The notes under the pieces are model-generated. The model was not told where the DNA came from, ran no database searches, and saw nothing but the letters and a program-made list of their open reading frames with translations. Shown piece after piece: positions 1 to 9,928 of a stretch of 64,000 nucleotides of DNA. Source of the stretch: Pseudomonadota bacterium (GTDB lineage Bacteria > Pseudomonadota > Gammaproteobacteria > Enterobacterales > Alteromonadaceae); the NCBI GenBank assembly GCA_051745385.1, contig JBNJDZ010000007.1, forward strand, positions 3,235-67,234, written 5' to 3'. Made by a program: the position numbers and the translations under genes. Numbering within the stretch: the stretch's first letter is position 1; the number at the start of each line of letters is the position of its first letter.

Positions 1-1
1 T

Positions 2-406
2 GTGCCGTTAGCGGACATTTCTGAGCGACAGGGAATATCACTGTCGTATTTGGAACAACTGTTTGCGCGTTTGCGTAAGCACGGACTGGTGGACAGTGTA
101 CGCGGTCCGGGCGGTGGTTATCGTCTGGGTTGCCCGGCAACTGATATTTCTGTTGGTGCGGTGATTCACGCGGTTGACGAATCTATCGATGCGACTCGTT
201 GCCAGGGCAAAGCCAACTGCCAGGGCGGTGAGCGTTGTCTGACTCATTCGTTGTGGGAAGGCTTAAGCGACCGTATAGCGGACTTCCTGGACGGCATTAC
301 CTTGGCCGAACTGATGAAAAAGCGCGATGTTGGTGACGTTCTGAATCGGCAAAATTCACTTCATAATAAAAGTGAAGAAGAGATTAAGTTAAACTCACAT
401 CTTTAA
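2..406 (+). CDS. iscR: Fe-S cluster assembly transcriptional regulator IscR (5' end cut by window edge)
   Basis: The translation [20 protein letters not shown]...VRGPGGGY is an Rrf2/IscR winged helix. Cluster ligands C-x5-C-x5-C-x2-H are present ([16 protein letters not shown]). The gene lies immediately upstream of iscS. Confidence 0.9.
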   Translation: MPLADISERQGISLSYLEQLFARLRKHGLVDSVRGPGGGYRLGCPATDISVGAVIHAVDESIDATRCQGKANCQGGERCLTHSLWEGLSDRIADFLDGITLAELMKKRDVGDVLNRQNSLHNKSEEEIKLNSHL

Positions 407-436
407 TATTGTCTTTAGTTTGTCAGGAGCAACGAA

Positions 437-1594
437 GTGCCCAAGCTACCCCTTTATTTTGATTATGCTGCAACCACCCCTGTAGATCCTGTTGTAGCAG
501 AGAAGATGATGGGCTGTTTAACTCAGGATGGTCTCTTCGGAAACCCGGCGTCACGTTCACATAAATATGGCTGGCAGGCCGAAGAGGCTGTTGATGTTGC
601 CCGGCATCAGGTTGCCGATTTGCTCAACGCCGACGCGCGCGAAATTGTCTTTACTTCTGGCGCGACCGAGTCGGACAACCTGGCAATAAAAGGTGCGGCT
701 CAGTATTACTCTGCTAAAGGCAAGCATGTTATTACGCTGAAAACTGAGCACAAAGCAGTATTAGATACTTGCGCTCAGTTAGAAAAAGAAGGCTTTGAAG
801 TCACTTACCTGGATGTTGATAGCGACGGGCTGCTGGATATGGATATGTTCCGCTCAGCCCTGCGCGAAGATACTGTCCTGGTAAGCGTTATGCTGGTTAA
901 TAATGAAATTGGCGTTATTCAGGACATTGCTGCTATTGGGCAACTTTGTCGCGAAAATGGCACCTTATTCCACGTTGATGCCGCTCAGGCCTCCGGTAAG
1001 GTTTCGATGGATATGGCTGAGTTGCCCGTCGACTTAATGTCTCTTTCTGCTCACAAAATGTATGGCCCGAAAGGTATTGGTGCGCTCTATGTGCGTCGTA
1101 CGCCCAGAGTTAGGCTACTTGCGCAAATGCACGGTGGCGGTCATGAGCGGGGTATGCGTTCAGGTACCTTACCAACACACCAGATTGTCGGCATGGGTGT
1201 TGCTGCTGAAATTGCTCGTAATGAATTAGCGCTGGAGCCTGCACGAGTTGAAAACTTGCGTCAGCGGCTGTGGAAGGGGGTTAGCCAGTTAGAAGGTGTA
1301 ACCTTGAATGGCTCTGACCAGCAACGGGTTCCGCATATTACCAATATCAGCTTTGCCGGAGTCGATGGTGAACTGCTGCTAATGGCGTTAAAAGATCTCG
1401 CCCTTTCGTCGGGCTCGGCCTGTACGTCGGCCAGTGTTGAACCCTCGTATGTTTTGAGTGCATTAGGGGTTGAACATGAGCTGGCAATGAGCTCATTGCG
1501 TTTTAGTATTGGCCGTTACACGTCCGAAGACGATATCGACAGTGCAGTAGAGCTTATCCACCGCACTATCGGTACGTTGCGAGGAGCCGCTTAG
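437..1594 (+). CDS. iscS: Cysteine desulfurase IscS (385 aa, GTG start)
   Basis: Near-colinear with the E. coli IscS sequence as I recall it: [31 protein letters not shown] (PLP lysine) and [17 protein letters not shown] (active-site Cys loop). It ends about 20 aa earlier than E. coli IscS. Confidence 0.92.
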   Translation: MPKLPLYFDYAATTPVDPVVAEKMMGCLTQDGLFGNPASRSHKYGWQAEEAVDVARHQVADLLNADAREIVFTSGATESDNLAIKGAAQYYSAKGKHVITLKTEHKAVLDTCAQLEKEGFEVTYLDVDSDGLLDMDMFRSALREDTVLVSVMLVNNEIGVIQDIAAIGQLCRENGTLFHVDAAQASGKVSMDMAELPVDLMSLSAHKMYGPKGIGALYVRRTPRVRLLAQMHGGGHERGMRSGTLPTHQIVGMGVAAEIARNELALEPARVENLRQRLWKGVSQLEGVTLNGSDQQRVPHITNISFAGVDGELLLMALKDLALSSGSACTSASVEPSYVLSALGVEHELAMSSLRFSIGRYTSEDDIDSAVELIHRTIGTLRGAA

Positions 1595-2136
1595 TCTTTC
1601 AGCAAGCCGGCAAAGGTTTTTCGGAATTTAGCCAGCTTCGGTGAAATGACCGCCTGACAATACGGGTTTTCCGGGTTTCTGGCGTAGTAGTTTTCGTGGT
1701 AATCCTCCGCCGGATAAAAAGTTCCTAGCTCGGTGACCTCAGTTACGATAGGCGCTGCAAATGCGTCGTCAGTCTCTAGCTCTGCAATAATTTTTTCGGC
1801 TTCTCTTTTTTGCTCGTCGTTATGATAGAAAATTGATGTGCGATATTGCGTGCCAACATCATTGCCCTGGCGATTCACCTGAGTTGGATCGTGCAGGGTG
1901 AAAAAGATTTCTAAGATTTGACGGTAAGAGATCTGCTCCGGATCGTATTGGAGTTGAGCGACTTCCGCGTGCCCCGTATTTCCCGTGCAAACTTGTTCGT
2001 AAGTAGGGTCTGCTGTATGACCACCTGTATAGCCTGATTTAACCGACTGAATGCCTTTTACCTGAAGGAAGGCAGATTCAACACACCAGAAACAGCCGCC
2101 ACCGAGGGTAGCTTGTTCGTATTCATTGTTCGCCAT
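1591..2136 (-). CDS. msrA: Peptide methionine-S-sulfoxide reductase MsrA (181 aa)
   Basis: Carries the [12 protein letters not shown] catalytic motif. The start was trimmed from the ORF-track Met to the ATG at 2136, which has an AAGGAG Shine-Dalgarno sequence 7 nt upstream. Confidence 0.9.
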   Translation of the reverse strand: MANNEYEQATLGGGCFWCVESAFLQVKGIQSVKSGYTGGHTADPTYEQVCTGNTGHAEVAQLQYDPEQISYRQILEIFFTLHDPTQVNRQGNDVGTQYRTSIFYHNDEQKREAEKIIAELETDDAFAAPIVTEVTELGTFYPAEDYHENYYARNPENPYCQAVISPKLAKFRKTFAGLLKD

Positions 2137-2227
2137 GTAAGAACTCCTTATCGTCAAATAGACGTCTATATGGCTAATTTGTTTTAGCATCCTAGCTGAG
2201 AATCAGTGAAAAAACAATCACTGGGTA

Positions 2228-2257
2228 TTCGATTTCTGTGCTGATCTCACGTATAAT
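2228..2257 (+). promoter_or_regulatory. Putative sigma70 promoter of ndk (-10 TATAAT at 2252-2257, weak -35 TTCGAT)
   Basis: A perfect TATAAT lies 45 nt upstream of the ndk ATG. The -35 is poor. Called by eye only. Confidence 0.3.
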
Positions 2258-2301
2258 CCGCGCGACTAACTTATCCCTTTATTTTATTGGAGTTTATAAC
2301 C

Positions 2302-2733
2302 ATGGCTTTAGAGCGCACTCTATCAATTATCAAGCCTGATGCAGTTGCAAAAAACTTAATCGGCGCTATCTACAACCGTTTTGAATCTGCAGGTCTTCGC
2401 ATTGTTGGTGCTAAAATGATGCACTTAAGCAAAGAACAGGCAGAAGGTTTCTACGCTGAACACAAAGAACGTCCTTTCTTTGGCGCTTTGGTTGAATTCA
2501 TGACTTCAGGTCCTATCGTTGTTCAGGTGCTTGAAGGTGAAGACGCCGTACGTAAAAATCGTGACATCATGGGTGCTACGAATCCTGCAGAAGCACTGGC
2601 AGGAACTATCCGTGCCGACTATGCTGAAACTATAGACGAAAATGCGGTACACGGTTCAGATGCAACTGAATCTGCTGCACGCGAAATCGCGTATTTCTTC
2701 AGCGACGAAGAAGTTTGCCAGCGCACTCGCTAA
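2302..2733 (+). CDS. ndk: Nucleoside diphosphate kinase (143 aa)
   Basis: [15 protein letters not shown]...NAVHGSD (active-site His motif). The start was trimmed to the ATG at 2302 to match canonical Ndk length. Confidence 0.95.
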   Translation: MALERTLSIIKPDAVAKNLIGAIYNRFESAGLRIVGAKMMHLSKEQAEGFYAEHKERPFFGALVEFMTSGPIVVQVLEGEDAVRKNRDIMGATNPAEALAGTIRADYAETIDENAVHGSDATESAAREIAYFFSDEEVCQRTR

Positions 2734-2747
2734 GACTGTATTTGAAT

Positions 2748-2799
2748 GTAGCCTGATGCTCTTGCATCAGGTGATAGCCTGACGGAAACGTCAGGCTAC
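2748..2799. repeat. REP-like double-hairpin element (52 bp), same family as 34099-34219
   Basis: Sequence GTAGCCTGATGC-tctt-GCATCAGG-tga-TAGCCTGACG-gaaa-CGTCAGGCTAC. The termini GTAGCCTGA/TCAGGCTAC are inverted repeats. It fills the ndk-rlmN spacer. Confidence 0.7.
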
Positions 2800-2818
2800 A
2801 TTAGAACACTGGAGCTTT

Positions 2819-3955
2819 ATGACCAACGCAATAGATAAAAAAGTGAACTTACTCGACCTGAATCGTGAGGGAATCAAAGAGTTCTTTCGTGAAATGGGTG
2901 AGAAACCGTTTCGTGCCGAACAGGTTATGAAATGGCTGTATCACTTTTGTGTCGATGACTTTGATGAGATGACAAATCTTAATAAAGTTTTGCGTGAAAA
3001 GCTCAAGCAAGTGGCCGAGATTCGCGCACCTGAAATTCGTGAACAACAGCAGTCGTCGGATGGCACCATTAAGTTCGCGATGACTTTGTTCGACGGTCAG
3101 GACGTGGAAACGGTATGGATACCCGAAGGTGATCGCGCTACTTTGTGCGTATCTTCTCAGGTTGGTTGTGCATTAGAGTGCACTTTCTGCTCAACAGGAG
3201 CTCAGGGTTTTAACCGTAACCTCAGTGTGGCAGAAATCATTGGTCAGGTATGGCGGGTGAACCAGCTTTTAGGGGCTTATGGCAAAACCGGAATTAAACC
3301 CGTAACGAACGTTGTCATGATGGGCATGGGTGAGCCATTGCTTAATTTAAACAATGTTGTTCCGGCAATGGAGTTAATGTTAGATGACCTAGGCTTTGGT
3401 TTATCAAAGCGTCGCGTCACTTTAAGTACTTCAGGTGTTGTTCCTGCGTTGGAAAAATTGCGTGAACGCATTGATGTGATGTTAGCGATTTCGTTGCACG
3501 CACCAGACGATGAACTGCGCAACGAGATTGTACCGGTTAATAAGAAGTACAATATTGAAGAATTTCTGGCATCGAGCCGTCGTTACGTTGAGCAGTCAAA
3601 AGCTCAGCGTAAAGTAACGGTAGAGTATGTCATGCTGGACCATGTGAATGATTCAACCGATCAAGCGCATGCGCTGGCAAAAACACTAAAAGATACCCCA
3701 AGTAAAATTAACCTTATTCCGTTTAACCCGTTTCCGGGTTCGGACTACGGCCGTTCCAGCAACTCGCGTATTGACCGTTTTGCTAAAGTACTGATGGAGT
3801 ACGGCTTTACTGTAATGGTAAGGAAAACCCGAGGTGACGACATTGACGCAGCATGCGGGCAATTGGTCGGCGATGTCATTGATCGCACAAAACGCATACT
3901 GAAGCGTCAGCAGAAACAGCGTGGTGGAGAAGCAATAGCTGTAAAGACCGCGTAA
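2819..3955 (+). CDS. rlmN: Dual-specificity 23S rRNA/tRNA adenine-C2 methyltransferase RlmN (radical SAM)
   Basis: Radical-SAM motif [11 protein letters not shown] is present. The length is 378 aa. The conserved ndk-rlmN-rodZ-ispG-hisS synteny is seen. Confidence 0.93.
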   Translation: MTNAIDKKVNLLDLNREGIKEFFREMGEKPFRAEQVMKWLYHFCVDDFDEMTNLNKVLREKLKQVAEIRAPEIREQQQSSDGTIKFAMTLFDGQDVETVWIPEGDRATLCVSSQVGCALECTFCSTGAQGFNRNLSVAEIIGQVWRVNQLLGAYGKTGIKPVTNVVMMGMGEPLLNLNNVVPAMELMLDDLGFGLSKRRVTLSTSGVVPALEKLRERIDVMLAISLHAPDDELRNEIVPVNKKYNIEEFLASSRRYVEQSKAQRKVTVEYVMLDHVNDSTDQAHALAKTLKDTPSKINLIPFNPFPGSDYGRSSNSRIDRFAKVLMEYGFTVMVRKTRGDDIDAACGQLVGDVIDRTKRILKRQQKQRGGEAIAVKTA

Positions 3956-3988
3956 ATTAACAGAATCGCAGGCACAAGGAGTGTGATA

Positions 3989-4444
3989 ATGCGAGCCGCT
4001 TTATTATTGATAGCCATAGTGCTATATGGTTGTACCGCTAACCCTGAACAGTCGGTTTCTGAGGGTAAAGATGTACGGTTGCAGCTGGGACTTGCTTACC
4101 TAGCGCAAGGGAAGTTAAAACTTGCGTATCCGCATTTGCAAACTGCATTAAAGAATAACCCTCAGTCTCTGGATGCCAATTTAGCCTTAGGGCAATGGTA
4201 TTTATCGACAAATGATGTTGATTCAGCTTTGTCACTTTACCAACAGGCATTATCATGGCAACCTATGAGCGGTGCATTGTACAATAACTATGCGGTTGCA
4301 CTGTGTGTGGCTGGTGACTGGAAAACAGCACTGACGTATTTTGATAAAGTGACGTTGGATAGTAAGTATCCACATCACGACCGGGCCAGGAAAAATAGAG
4401 CCGAATGCCTGGAACGAGGAAGTCACGACGCAGCTCAACCATAA
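3989..4444 (+). CDS. Short TPR lipoprotein, PilW/PilF-like (151 aa)
   Basis: Signal peptide with lipobox (LYGC), followed by about 3 TPR repeats resembling the N-terminal half of PilF/PilW. The position between rlmN and rodZ is where pilW sits in many gammaproteobacteria. The ATG at 3989 is preferred over the GTG at 3983 because of AAGGAG spacing. Confidence 0.6.
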   Translation: MRAALLLIAIVLYGCTANPEQSVSEGKDVRLQLGLAYLAQGKLKLAYPHLQTALKNNPQSLDANLALGQWYLSTNDVDSALSLYQQALSWQPMSGALYNNYAVALCVAGDWKTALTYFDKVTLDSKYPHHDRARKNRAECLERGSHDAAQP

Positions 4445-4464
4445 CAGGGAAACCCCTTACAATC

Positions 4465-5583
4465 ATGACTGCTGAAAACGAACCAACACAAGATAACGAA
4501 AAAACAGAACCTGAAGCGGTAAAAGAAACAGAACAAATGCCGAGCAAAGGTCCTGGACAAATACTAAAAGAAGCTCGTGAAGCAAAAGGCCTAAGCCAAC
4601 GCGAGGTTGCGGACCAATTGCGTTTGAGAAAGCAGATCATTGAGTTGCTGGAAGCCGATGACTACTCCACTTTTTCGACGCCTACTTTTATCAAGGGCTA
4701 TTTAAGAGCTTATGCCAAGCTGCTGGACCTGGATGACACTGAATTATTTCAGGCCTACAAAGCAAAAGGCTTCCAGGAAGTTCAAAGTAGCCAGATGCAG
4801 AGCTTTTCACGACGTAAAAAGCATCAGGAAAACGATAACCGCCTAATGTTGATTACTTATGTGGTCATTATTGTTGTCATTGCCTTAGTTATCTGGTGGT
4901 GGCAAGAACCTGATCTTGGTTTTAATGAAGAGATCAATGGAACTCAGGAGAGTTCAGAAGTTGCTCCGGCTGAAGCGGAGGATGAGGCCGATAGTGTTGG
5001 CGGTATCGAAATTTCGAATCAGCCGACAGAACCCCAAATTGGGCCTGACGAAGAAGACGCCGTGTTAGAGTCAGATGTTGAAACCGAAGATACCAATGTC
5101 GCTGTCGAGTCTGTACAGGAACCGGCTACAGAAGACGGAGAGCCTAGTAGCGAGTCGACGGACAACACCGTGGCGGATGCTGAGCCGATTACCGAAGTGA
5201 CAGACAGTGATCAATCGTCTACTGAGAGTGTTGAAGAAGCTACACCTCAAGCTGAGCCAACGGAAACTGATGCTGAGCCTGAACCGACGGAAGCAGCTCC
5301 TGTGCCGACAGAACAATCTGAGCAGAGTGAAGCGAATTCAGCCAGTTTGGTTTTAGACTTTAATGAAGAATGTTGGGTGAAAATTGATGACGCAACTGGT
5401 GAAACTCAGGCCGTTGGTGTTAAAGCAGCGGGCTATCGCATGCCGGTACCGGGCGAGGCGCCGTTTTCAGTGACGTTGTGTAAACCAGAAGCCGTTGACG
5501 TAAGCTTTAACGGTAATGCAGTGGATATGAGTCAGTTCCGTACGGGTCGTGTTGCGCGCTTCACCGTGCCGACAGAAGAGTAG
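4465..5583 (+). CDS. rodZ: Cytoskeleton/cell-shape protein RodZ (372 aa)
   Basis: Has an N-terminal XRE-type HTH ([24 protein letters not shown]), a single TM segment ([20 protein letters not shown]), an acidic E/P/T-rich linker and a C-terminal RodZ_C-like domain. The start was trimmed to the ATG at 4465. Confidence 0.85.
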   Translation: MTAENEPTQDNEKTEPEAVKETEQMPSKGPGQILKEAREAKGLSQREVADQLRLRKQIIELLEADDYSTFSTPTFIKGYLRAYAKLLDLDDTELFQAYKAKGFQEVQSSQMQSFSRRKKHQENDNRLMLITYVVIIVVIALVIWWWQEPDLGFNEEINGTQESSEVAPAEAEDEADSVGGIEISNQPTEPQIGPDEEDAVLESDVETEDTNVAVESVQEPATEDGEPSSESTDNTVADAEPITEVTDSDQSSTESVEEATPQAEPTETDAEPEPTEAAPVPTEQSEQSEANSASLVLDFNEECWVKIDDATGETQAVGVKAAGYRMPVPGEAPFSVTLCKPEAVDVSFNGNAVDMSQFRTGRVARFTVPTEE

Positions 5584-5602
5584 TAGAGGTCAATTTAAGG
5601 TT

Positions 5603-6721
5603 ATGATGCACGAAAATCCGATTAAACGCCGTCCTTCACGCCGTTTGTATGTAGGTAATGTACCTATTGGCGATGGCGCACCGATTGCTGTGCAGTCTAT
5701 GACAAATACTGAAACCACCGATGTTGATGCGACCGTTGCTCAGATAGAAGCATTAGCCCAGGCCGGAGCCGATATCGTCCGGGTTTCTGTACCGACTATG
5801 GAAGCGGCTGAAGCTTTCAAACATATAAAACAGCGCAGCTCTGTACCGCTGGTTACTGACATTCATTTCGATTACCGCATTGCGCTTAAAGTTGCCGAAT
5901 ATGGTGCTGATTGCTTGCGTATTAATCCGGGCAACATTGGCCGTGAAGACAGAGTCAAAGCTGTGGTAGATGCCGCGCGCGACCGTAATATCCCGATTCG
6001 TATTGGCGTTAACGGTGGGTCGTTGGAAAAAGATTTACAGGAAAAGTATGGTGAGCCAACAGCTGAAGCCTTAGTTGAGTCTGCCATGCGGCATGTCGAT
6101 ATTCTCGATAAACTCGACTTTCACGACTTTAAAGTCAGCGTTAAGGCATCCGATGTTTTTTTAGCGGTTGATTCGTATCGCCTGCTTGCAAAAAAAATAG
6201 ACCAGCCACTGCATTTAGGTATTACCGAAGCGGGTGGTAAACGCAGCGGTGCCGTAAAATCTTCAGTAGGCTTAGGTATGCTGCTAGCTGAAGGTATTGG
6301 TGACACACTTCGGGTTTCGCTTGCCGCCGATCCGGTCGAAGAAATTAAAGTGGGGTTTGATATTTTGAAGTCACTGCGCATTCGCGCACGTGGTATCAAC
6401 TTTATTGCCTGCCCAAGCTGCTCGCGTCAGGAGTTTGATGTTATTAGCACGGTTAATGAGCTGGAACAGCGTCTGGAGGATATAACTACGCCTATGGATG
6501 TTTCGGTAATAGGCTGTGTTGTTAATGGTCCGGGTGAAGCCTTGATATCTCACGTTGGTCTTGCCGGCGCAAAGAATAAAAGTGGCTTGTATATTGGTGG
6601 GGCACGCCAGAAACAACGTTTAGATAACCATAATTTAGTGGATGAGCTGGAAGCGCAAATTCGCGAGCAAGTGAAGTTTATTGAAGCTAATAAAATTGAC
6701 GTAAAAGAAATTAACGGTTGA
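5603..6721 (+). CDS. ispG: 4-hydroxy-3-methylbut-2-enyl diphosphate synthase IspG (372 aa)
   Basis: [28 protein letters not shown]... and the cysteine motif [10 protein letters not shown]...GCVVNGPGE are present. The start was trimmed to 5603, giving the E. coli-like length. Confidence 0.95.
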   Translation: MMHENPIKRRPSRRLYVGNVPIGDGAPIAVQSMTNTETTDVDATVAQIEALAQAGADIVRVSVPTMEAAEAFKHIKQRSSVPLVTDIHFDYRIALKVAEYGADCLRINPGNIGREDRVKAVVDAARDRNIPIRIGVNGGSLEKDLQEKYGEPTAEALVESAMRHVDILDKLDFHDFKVSVKASDVFLAVDSYRLLAKKIDQPLHLGITEAGGKRSGAVKSSVGLGMLLAEGIGDTLRVSLAADPVEEIKVGFDILKSLRIRARGINFIACPSCSRQEFDVISTVNELEQRLEDITTPMDVSVIGCVVNGPGEALISHVGLAGAKNKSGLYIGGARQKQRLDNHNLVDELEAQIREQVKFIEANKIDVKEING

Positions 6722-6722
6722 T

Positions 6723-6751
6723 TTTACCCGCATCGACAAAGTCCTTATAAT
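6723..6751 (+). promoter_or_regulatory. Putative sigma70 promoter for hisS (TTTACC-17 bp-TATAAT)
   Basis: The -10 TATAAT is at 6746-6751 and the -35 TTTACC at 6723-6728 with a 17-bp spacer, 43 nt upstream of the hisS GTG. Called by eye only. Confidence 0.35.
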
Positions 6752-6793
6752 ACCCGCTTATTTTCTGTATCGATAACCAGACGAGAAGGTTCC

Positions 6794-8071
6794 GTGGCGA
6801 ATACAATACAAGCAATTCGTGGCATGAATGATTTGTTGCCAGAGCAAAGTCCGGCCTGGCAGCAGGTTGAAGCGGTAATACGACGTGTTGCTGCAAGCTA
6901 CGGCTATAGCGAAATCCGTATGCCGGTACTGGAAAGTACGCAACTTTTTAAACGTTCAATTGGCGAAGTAACGGATATTGTCGAGAAGGAAATGTACACT
7001 TTCGACGACCGTAACGGTGAAAGTGTCACTTTGCGCCCTGAGGGAACGGCCAGCTGCGTTCGTGCGGGCAATCAGCACGGTTTGCTGTATAACCAAATTC
7101 AACGTTTGTGGTACATGGGACCTATGTTCCGTTATGAACGCCCGCAAAAAGGTCGGTATCGTCAATTTCATCAATTTGGTATTGAAACCTTTGGTTTAGA
7201 AAGCGCTGATGCCGACGCTGAGGTCATTCTGCTTTCTGCACGACTATGGCGCGAGTTTGGTATTGCGGATCAGGTTGAACTGCAACTGAATTCTTTAGGC
7301 TCTAATGAAGCGCGGGCGAGTTATCGTGATGCGTTGAGAAACTACTTATCTGACTATACTAGTGAGTTGGACGAGGACAGTAAACGCCGCCTGAAAAGCA
7401 ACCCGCTGCGCATTCTGGATAGTAAAGATGAAAATACCCAGAAGATTCTTGAAGGTGCGCCAAGTCTGTCCGAATACTGGGACGCAGAATCGAAAGAGCA
7501 CTTTGAGCAATTAACTGCTCGTCTGGAGGCGGCCGGTATTTCCTATACCTTGAACGAACGTTTGGTGCGTGGTCTGGATTATTACAACCGTACCGTGTTT
7601 GAATGGGTAACCACAGCCTTGGGCGCTCAGGGTACTGTTTGTGCGGGTGGTCGTTATGACGGCCTGGTCGAACAGTTAGGCGGTAAAGCAACGCCTGCGG
7701 TTGGCTTCGCAATGGGTATGGAACGTCTTGTACTACTACTGCAGGAGCAGGATAAGCTGACCCCAAGACGAGTCGTGGATGCTTACTTAATGCCGTTAGG
7801 CGAAGAAGCGGAACTAAATGCCCCGCGAATTGCCGAACAGCTGAGAAATGAATTACCGGAACTGCGGCTGGTAAGCCACTGTGGCGGCGGTTCTATGAAA
7901 AAGCAAATGAAAAAAGCGGATAAGTCGGGTGCAGAAGTTGCTCTGATTATCGGTGCTGATGAAATCGCTCAGCAGCAAGTAACGGTAAAGCCGTTGCGTA
8001 CTGCTGAAGAACAACAAACTCTGGGCTGGCAGGCACTTATTGAGTATCTGCAACCAATGACGAGAGGGTAG
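6794..8071 (+). CDS. hisS: Histidine--tRNA ligase
   Basis: [17 protein letters not shown]... with class II aaRS motifs ([31 protein letters not shown]). The length is 425 aa, with a GTG start. Confidence 0.95.
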   Translation: MANTIQAIRGMNDLLPEQSPAWQQVEAVIRRVAASYGYSEIRMPVLESTQLFKRSIGEVTDIVEKEMYTFDDRNGESVTLRPEGTASCVRAGNQHGLLYNQIQRLWYMGPMFRYERPQKGRYRQFHQFGIETFGLESADADAEVILLSARLWREFGIADQVELQLNSLGSNEARASYRDALRNYLSDYTSELDEDSKRRLKSNPLRILDSKDENTQKILEGAPSLSEYWDAESKEHFEQLTARLEAAGISYTLNERLVRGLDYYNRTVFEWVTTALGAQGTVCAGGRYDGLVEQLGGKATPAVGFAMGMERLVLLLQEQDKLTPRRVVDAYLMPLGEEAELNAPRIAEQLRNELPELRLVSHCGGGSMKKQMKKADKSGAEVALIIGADEIAQQQVTVKPLRTAEEQQTLGWQALIEYLQPMTRG

Positions 8072-8075
8072 TCAG

Positions 8076-8684
8076 GTGGATGAAGAACAACAAGTAGAAC
8101 GTTTAAAAGAGTTCTGGAAAGAACACGGTAAAGGTATTGTTGCTGGTGTAGTCATTGGCTTTGGTCTTTTTTACGGCTGGCGCTACTACGACCAGCATAC
8201 GCTGGAAACCCAGGAGCGTGCGTCAGCAAACTATGAGCAATTAACCTCGGGGCTATCTGAAGGTAGCGAGAACGCCTTACTCGAAGCTCAAAACTTTGTC
8301 AGTGAAAACCCAGAAAACGTATACGCACAGCTTGTCGCATTCCAACTGGCACAGCATGCGGCTGAACGTTCTGATCTGGCAACGGCAGTGACGGTTTTAC
8401 AATCAGTTGTGGATAACGCAGATGATGAAAACATGTCGGCTTTGGCCAGTATTCGTTTAGCTCGGGTGTTAATTGCTCAGGAACAGCTGGACACGGCTTT
8501 AAGCTTAGTTCAAAAGCCTTTACCTGAAGCTTACGCCGGTTTTGCGGCGGAGTTGGAAGGTGACATACTTGCTGAGCAGGGCAATACCGAAGAAGCCCGA
8601 GCAGCTTATGAACGCGCATTGCAGGCAGGTGAGTCATTGACTCCGGCTCTGCAAATGAAACTCAACAGCCTGGCTAAGTCATAA
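8076..8684 (+). CDS. yfgM: YfgM-like membrane-anchored TPR protein (ancillary SecYEG subunit family)
   Basis: Has one N-terminal TM segment (GIVAGVVIGFGLFYGW) followed by a TPR-like helical domain. The conserved hisS-yfgM-bamB-der synteny is seen. Confidence 0.8.
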   Translation: MDEEQQVERLKEFWKEHGKGIVAGVVIGFGLFYGWRYYDQHTLETQERASANYEQLTSGLSEGSENALLEAQNFVSENPENVYAQLVAFQLAQHAAERSDLATAVTVLQSVVDNADDENMSALASIRLARVLIAQEQLDTALSLVQKPLPEAYAGFAAELEGDILAEQGNTEEARAAYERALQAGESLTPALQMKLNSLAKS

Positions 8685-9922
8685 TGCAATTGATTAAACG
8701 CTTTATTAAAGGCAGCTTATTATTTTCTGCCACCCTTCTTGTTACCGGTTGTTCTCTTTTTGGTGACGATGACGAAGAACCGAAATTTGCTGAGTTACAG
8801 CCCATTTCGGCGGAAGTACAGCCCGAAGTTTTATGGGATGCCTCTGTTGGCAGCGGCATTGAAGAACACTTCTCGCGGCTGAACCCTGTGGTTGAGTACG
8901 GCAAGGTGTTTGCCGCCGATCGCAATGGATTAGTCAGTGCTTTTGACAAGTCCACAGGTGAACGCTTATGGCGAGTTGATCTACGTCAGAATATTCAATT
9001 TGACCAGGCAACCGATGAAGGTTGGTTTAGCGGCATTTTCTCAAGCCCATTCCCTGCGCGTATTTCAGGTGGATTAGTGGCTCGTTATGACCGAATTTTT
9101 CTGGGAACAGAGAACGGTGATGTCGTTGCACTGAATGCTGAAAACGGAGACATTGTCTGGCACGCAGAAGTCAATAACGAAGTCATGTCAGATCCCGCTG
9201 TCGGTGAAGGTCGCGTTGTTGTGCATACGGGTGGCGGGAAAGTCATTAGCCTGGATGCAGAAACTGGCGAGCAGCAATGGGAATATGAATATCAAGCTCC
9301 GATGCTGACAATTCGTGGCGCATCTGCACCTGCCATTATTAGCGGCGGTATCGTTGTTGGCGACAGCAATGGTTCAGGCATGGTACTTATTGCTGATAAC
9401 GGTCAGCAGGCATGGACTCAAACCATTGGTAAGCCAAGCGGAAGCAATGAGCTCGAGCGCCTGGCGGACGTTGATGCTAAGCCGGCTGTTCAGGGCTCGA
9501 CATTGTACATGATAGCCTTTAACGGTGAGCTGGTTGCGTTGGAGTTAAGAGATGGCGAAGTACGCTGGAAACGCGACTATAAAGCCTTTGAAAATATGCT
9601 GGTAACTAATGGCCGGATATTTTTAACCGATGTGAAAAGCCATGTTTATGCGCTGGATCAAAGTGGTGGTATTGAACGTTGGGGTAACTCACAGCTGTTC
9701 GGACGCGAATTAAGTGCGCCTGCATGGCATCGCGACTACGTTGTTGTCGGTGACTTTGAAGGCTATTTGCATTGGTTAGATAGCGACAGTGGCAATATCG
9801 TAGGCCGTTATGAAGTCGGTGGCGACGGCGTTTATGTAGCCCCGGTTGTTGATGACAACATTATGTATGTACAGACTCGGGACGGTGATATCATCGCGCT
9901 CGATATTCAATCAGGAAATTAA
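8684..9922 (+). CDS. bamB: Outer-membrane protein assembly factor BamB (PQQ-like beta-propeller lipoprotein)
   Basis: Lipobox LLVTGCS is present. Repeated G-x-VxALDxxTGexxW propeller blades are seen. The start overlaps the yfgM stop (TAATG). Confidence 0.9.
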   Translation: MQLIKRFIKGSLLFSATLLVTGCSLFGDDDEEPKFAELQPISAEVQPEVLWDASVGSGIEEHFSRLNPVVEYGKVFAADRNGLVSAFDKSTGERLWRVDLRQNIQFDQATDEGWFSGIFSSPFPARISGGLVARYDRIFLGTENGDVVALNAENGDIVWHAEVNNEVMSDPAVGEGRVVVHTGGGKVISLDAETGEQQWEYEYQAPMLTIRGASAPAIISGGIVVGDSNGSGMVLIADNGQQAWTQTIGKPSGSNELERLADVDAKPAVQGSTLYMIAFNGELVALELRDGEVRWKRDYKAFENMLVTNGRIFLTDVKSHVYALDQSGGIERWGNSQLFGRELSAPAWHRDYVVVGDFEGYLHWLDSDSGNIVGRYEVGGDGVYVAPVVDDNIMYVQTRDGDIIALDIQSGN

Positions 9923-9928
9923 TAAGAG

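Noticed and set aside
2249-2261. An identical 13-mer, ACGTATAATCCGC, covers the -10 region of both the putative ndk promoter (2249-2261) and the deaD promoter (58357-58369).
   Set aside because: With about 4e9 possible position pairs on two strands, tens of 13-mer coincidences are expected in 64 kb. A shared -10 plus GC-rich discriminator is suggestive of similar promoter class, but not statistically compelling on its own.
4950-5340. The highly acidic E/D/P/T-rich low-complexity linker in RodZ.
   Set aside because: RodZ periplasmic linkers are notoriously variable and low-complexity. The acidity probably reflects a marine or halophilic proteome rather than a special function.
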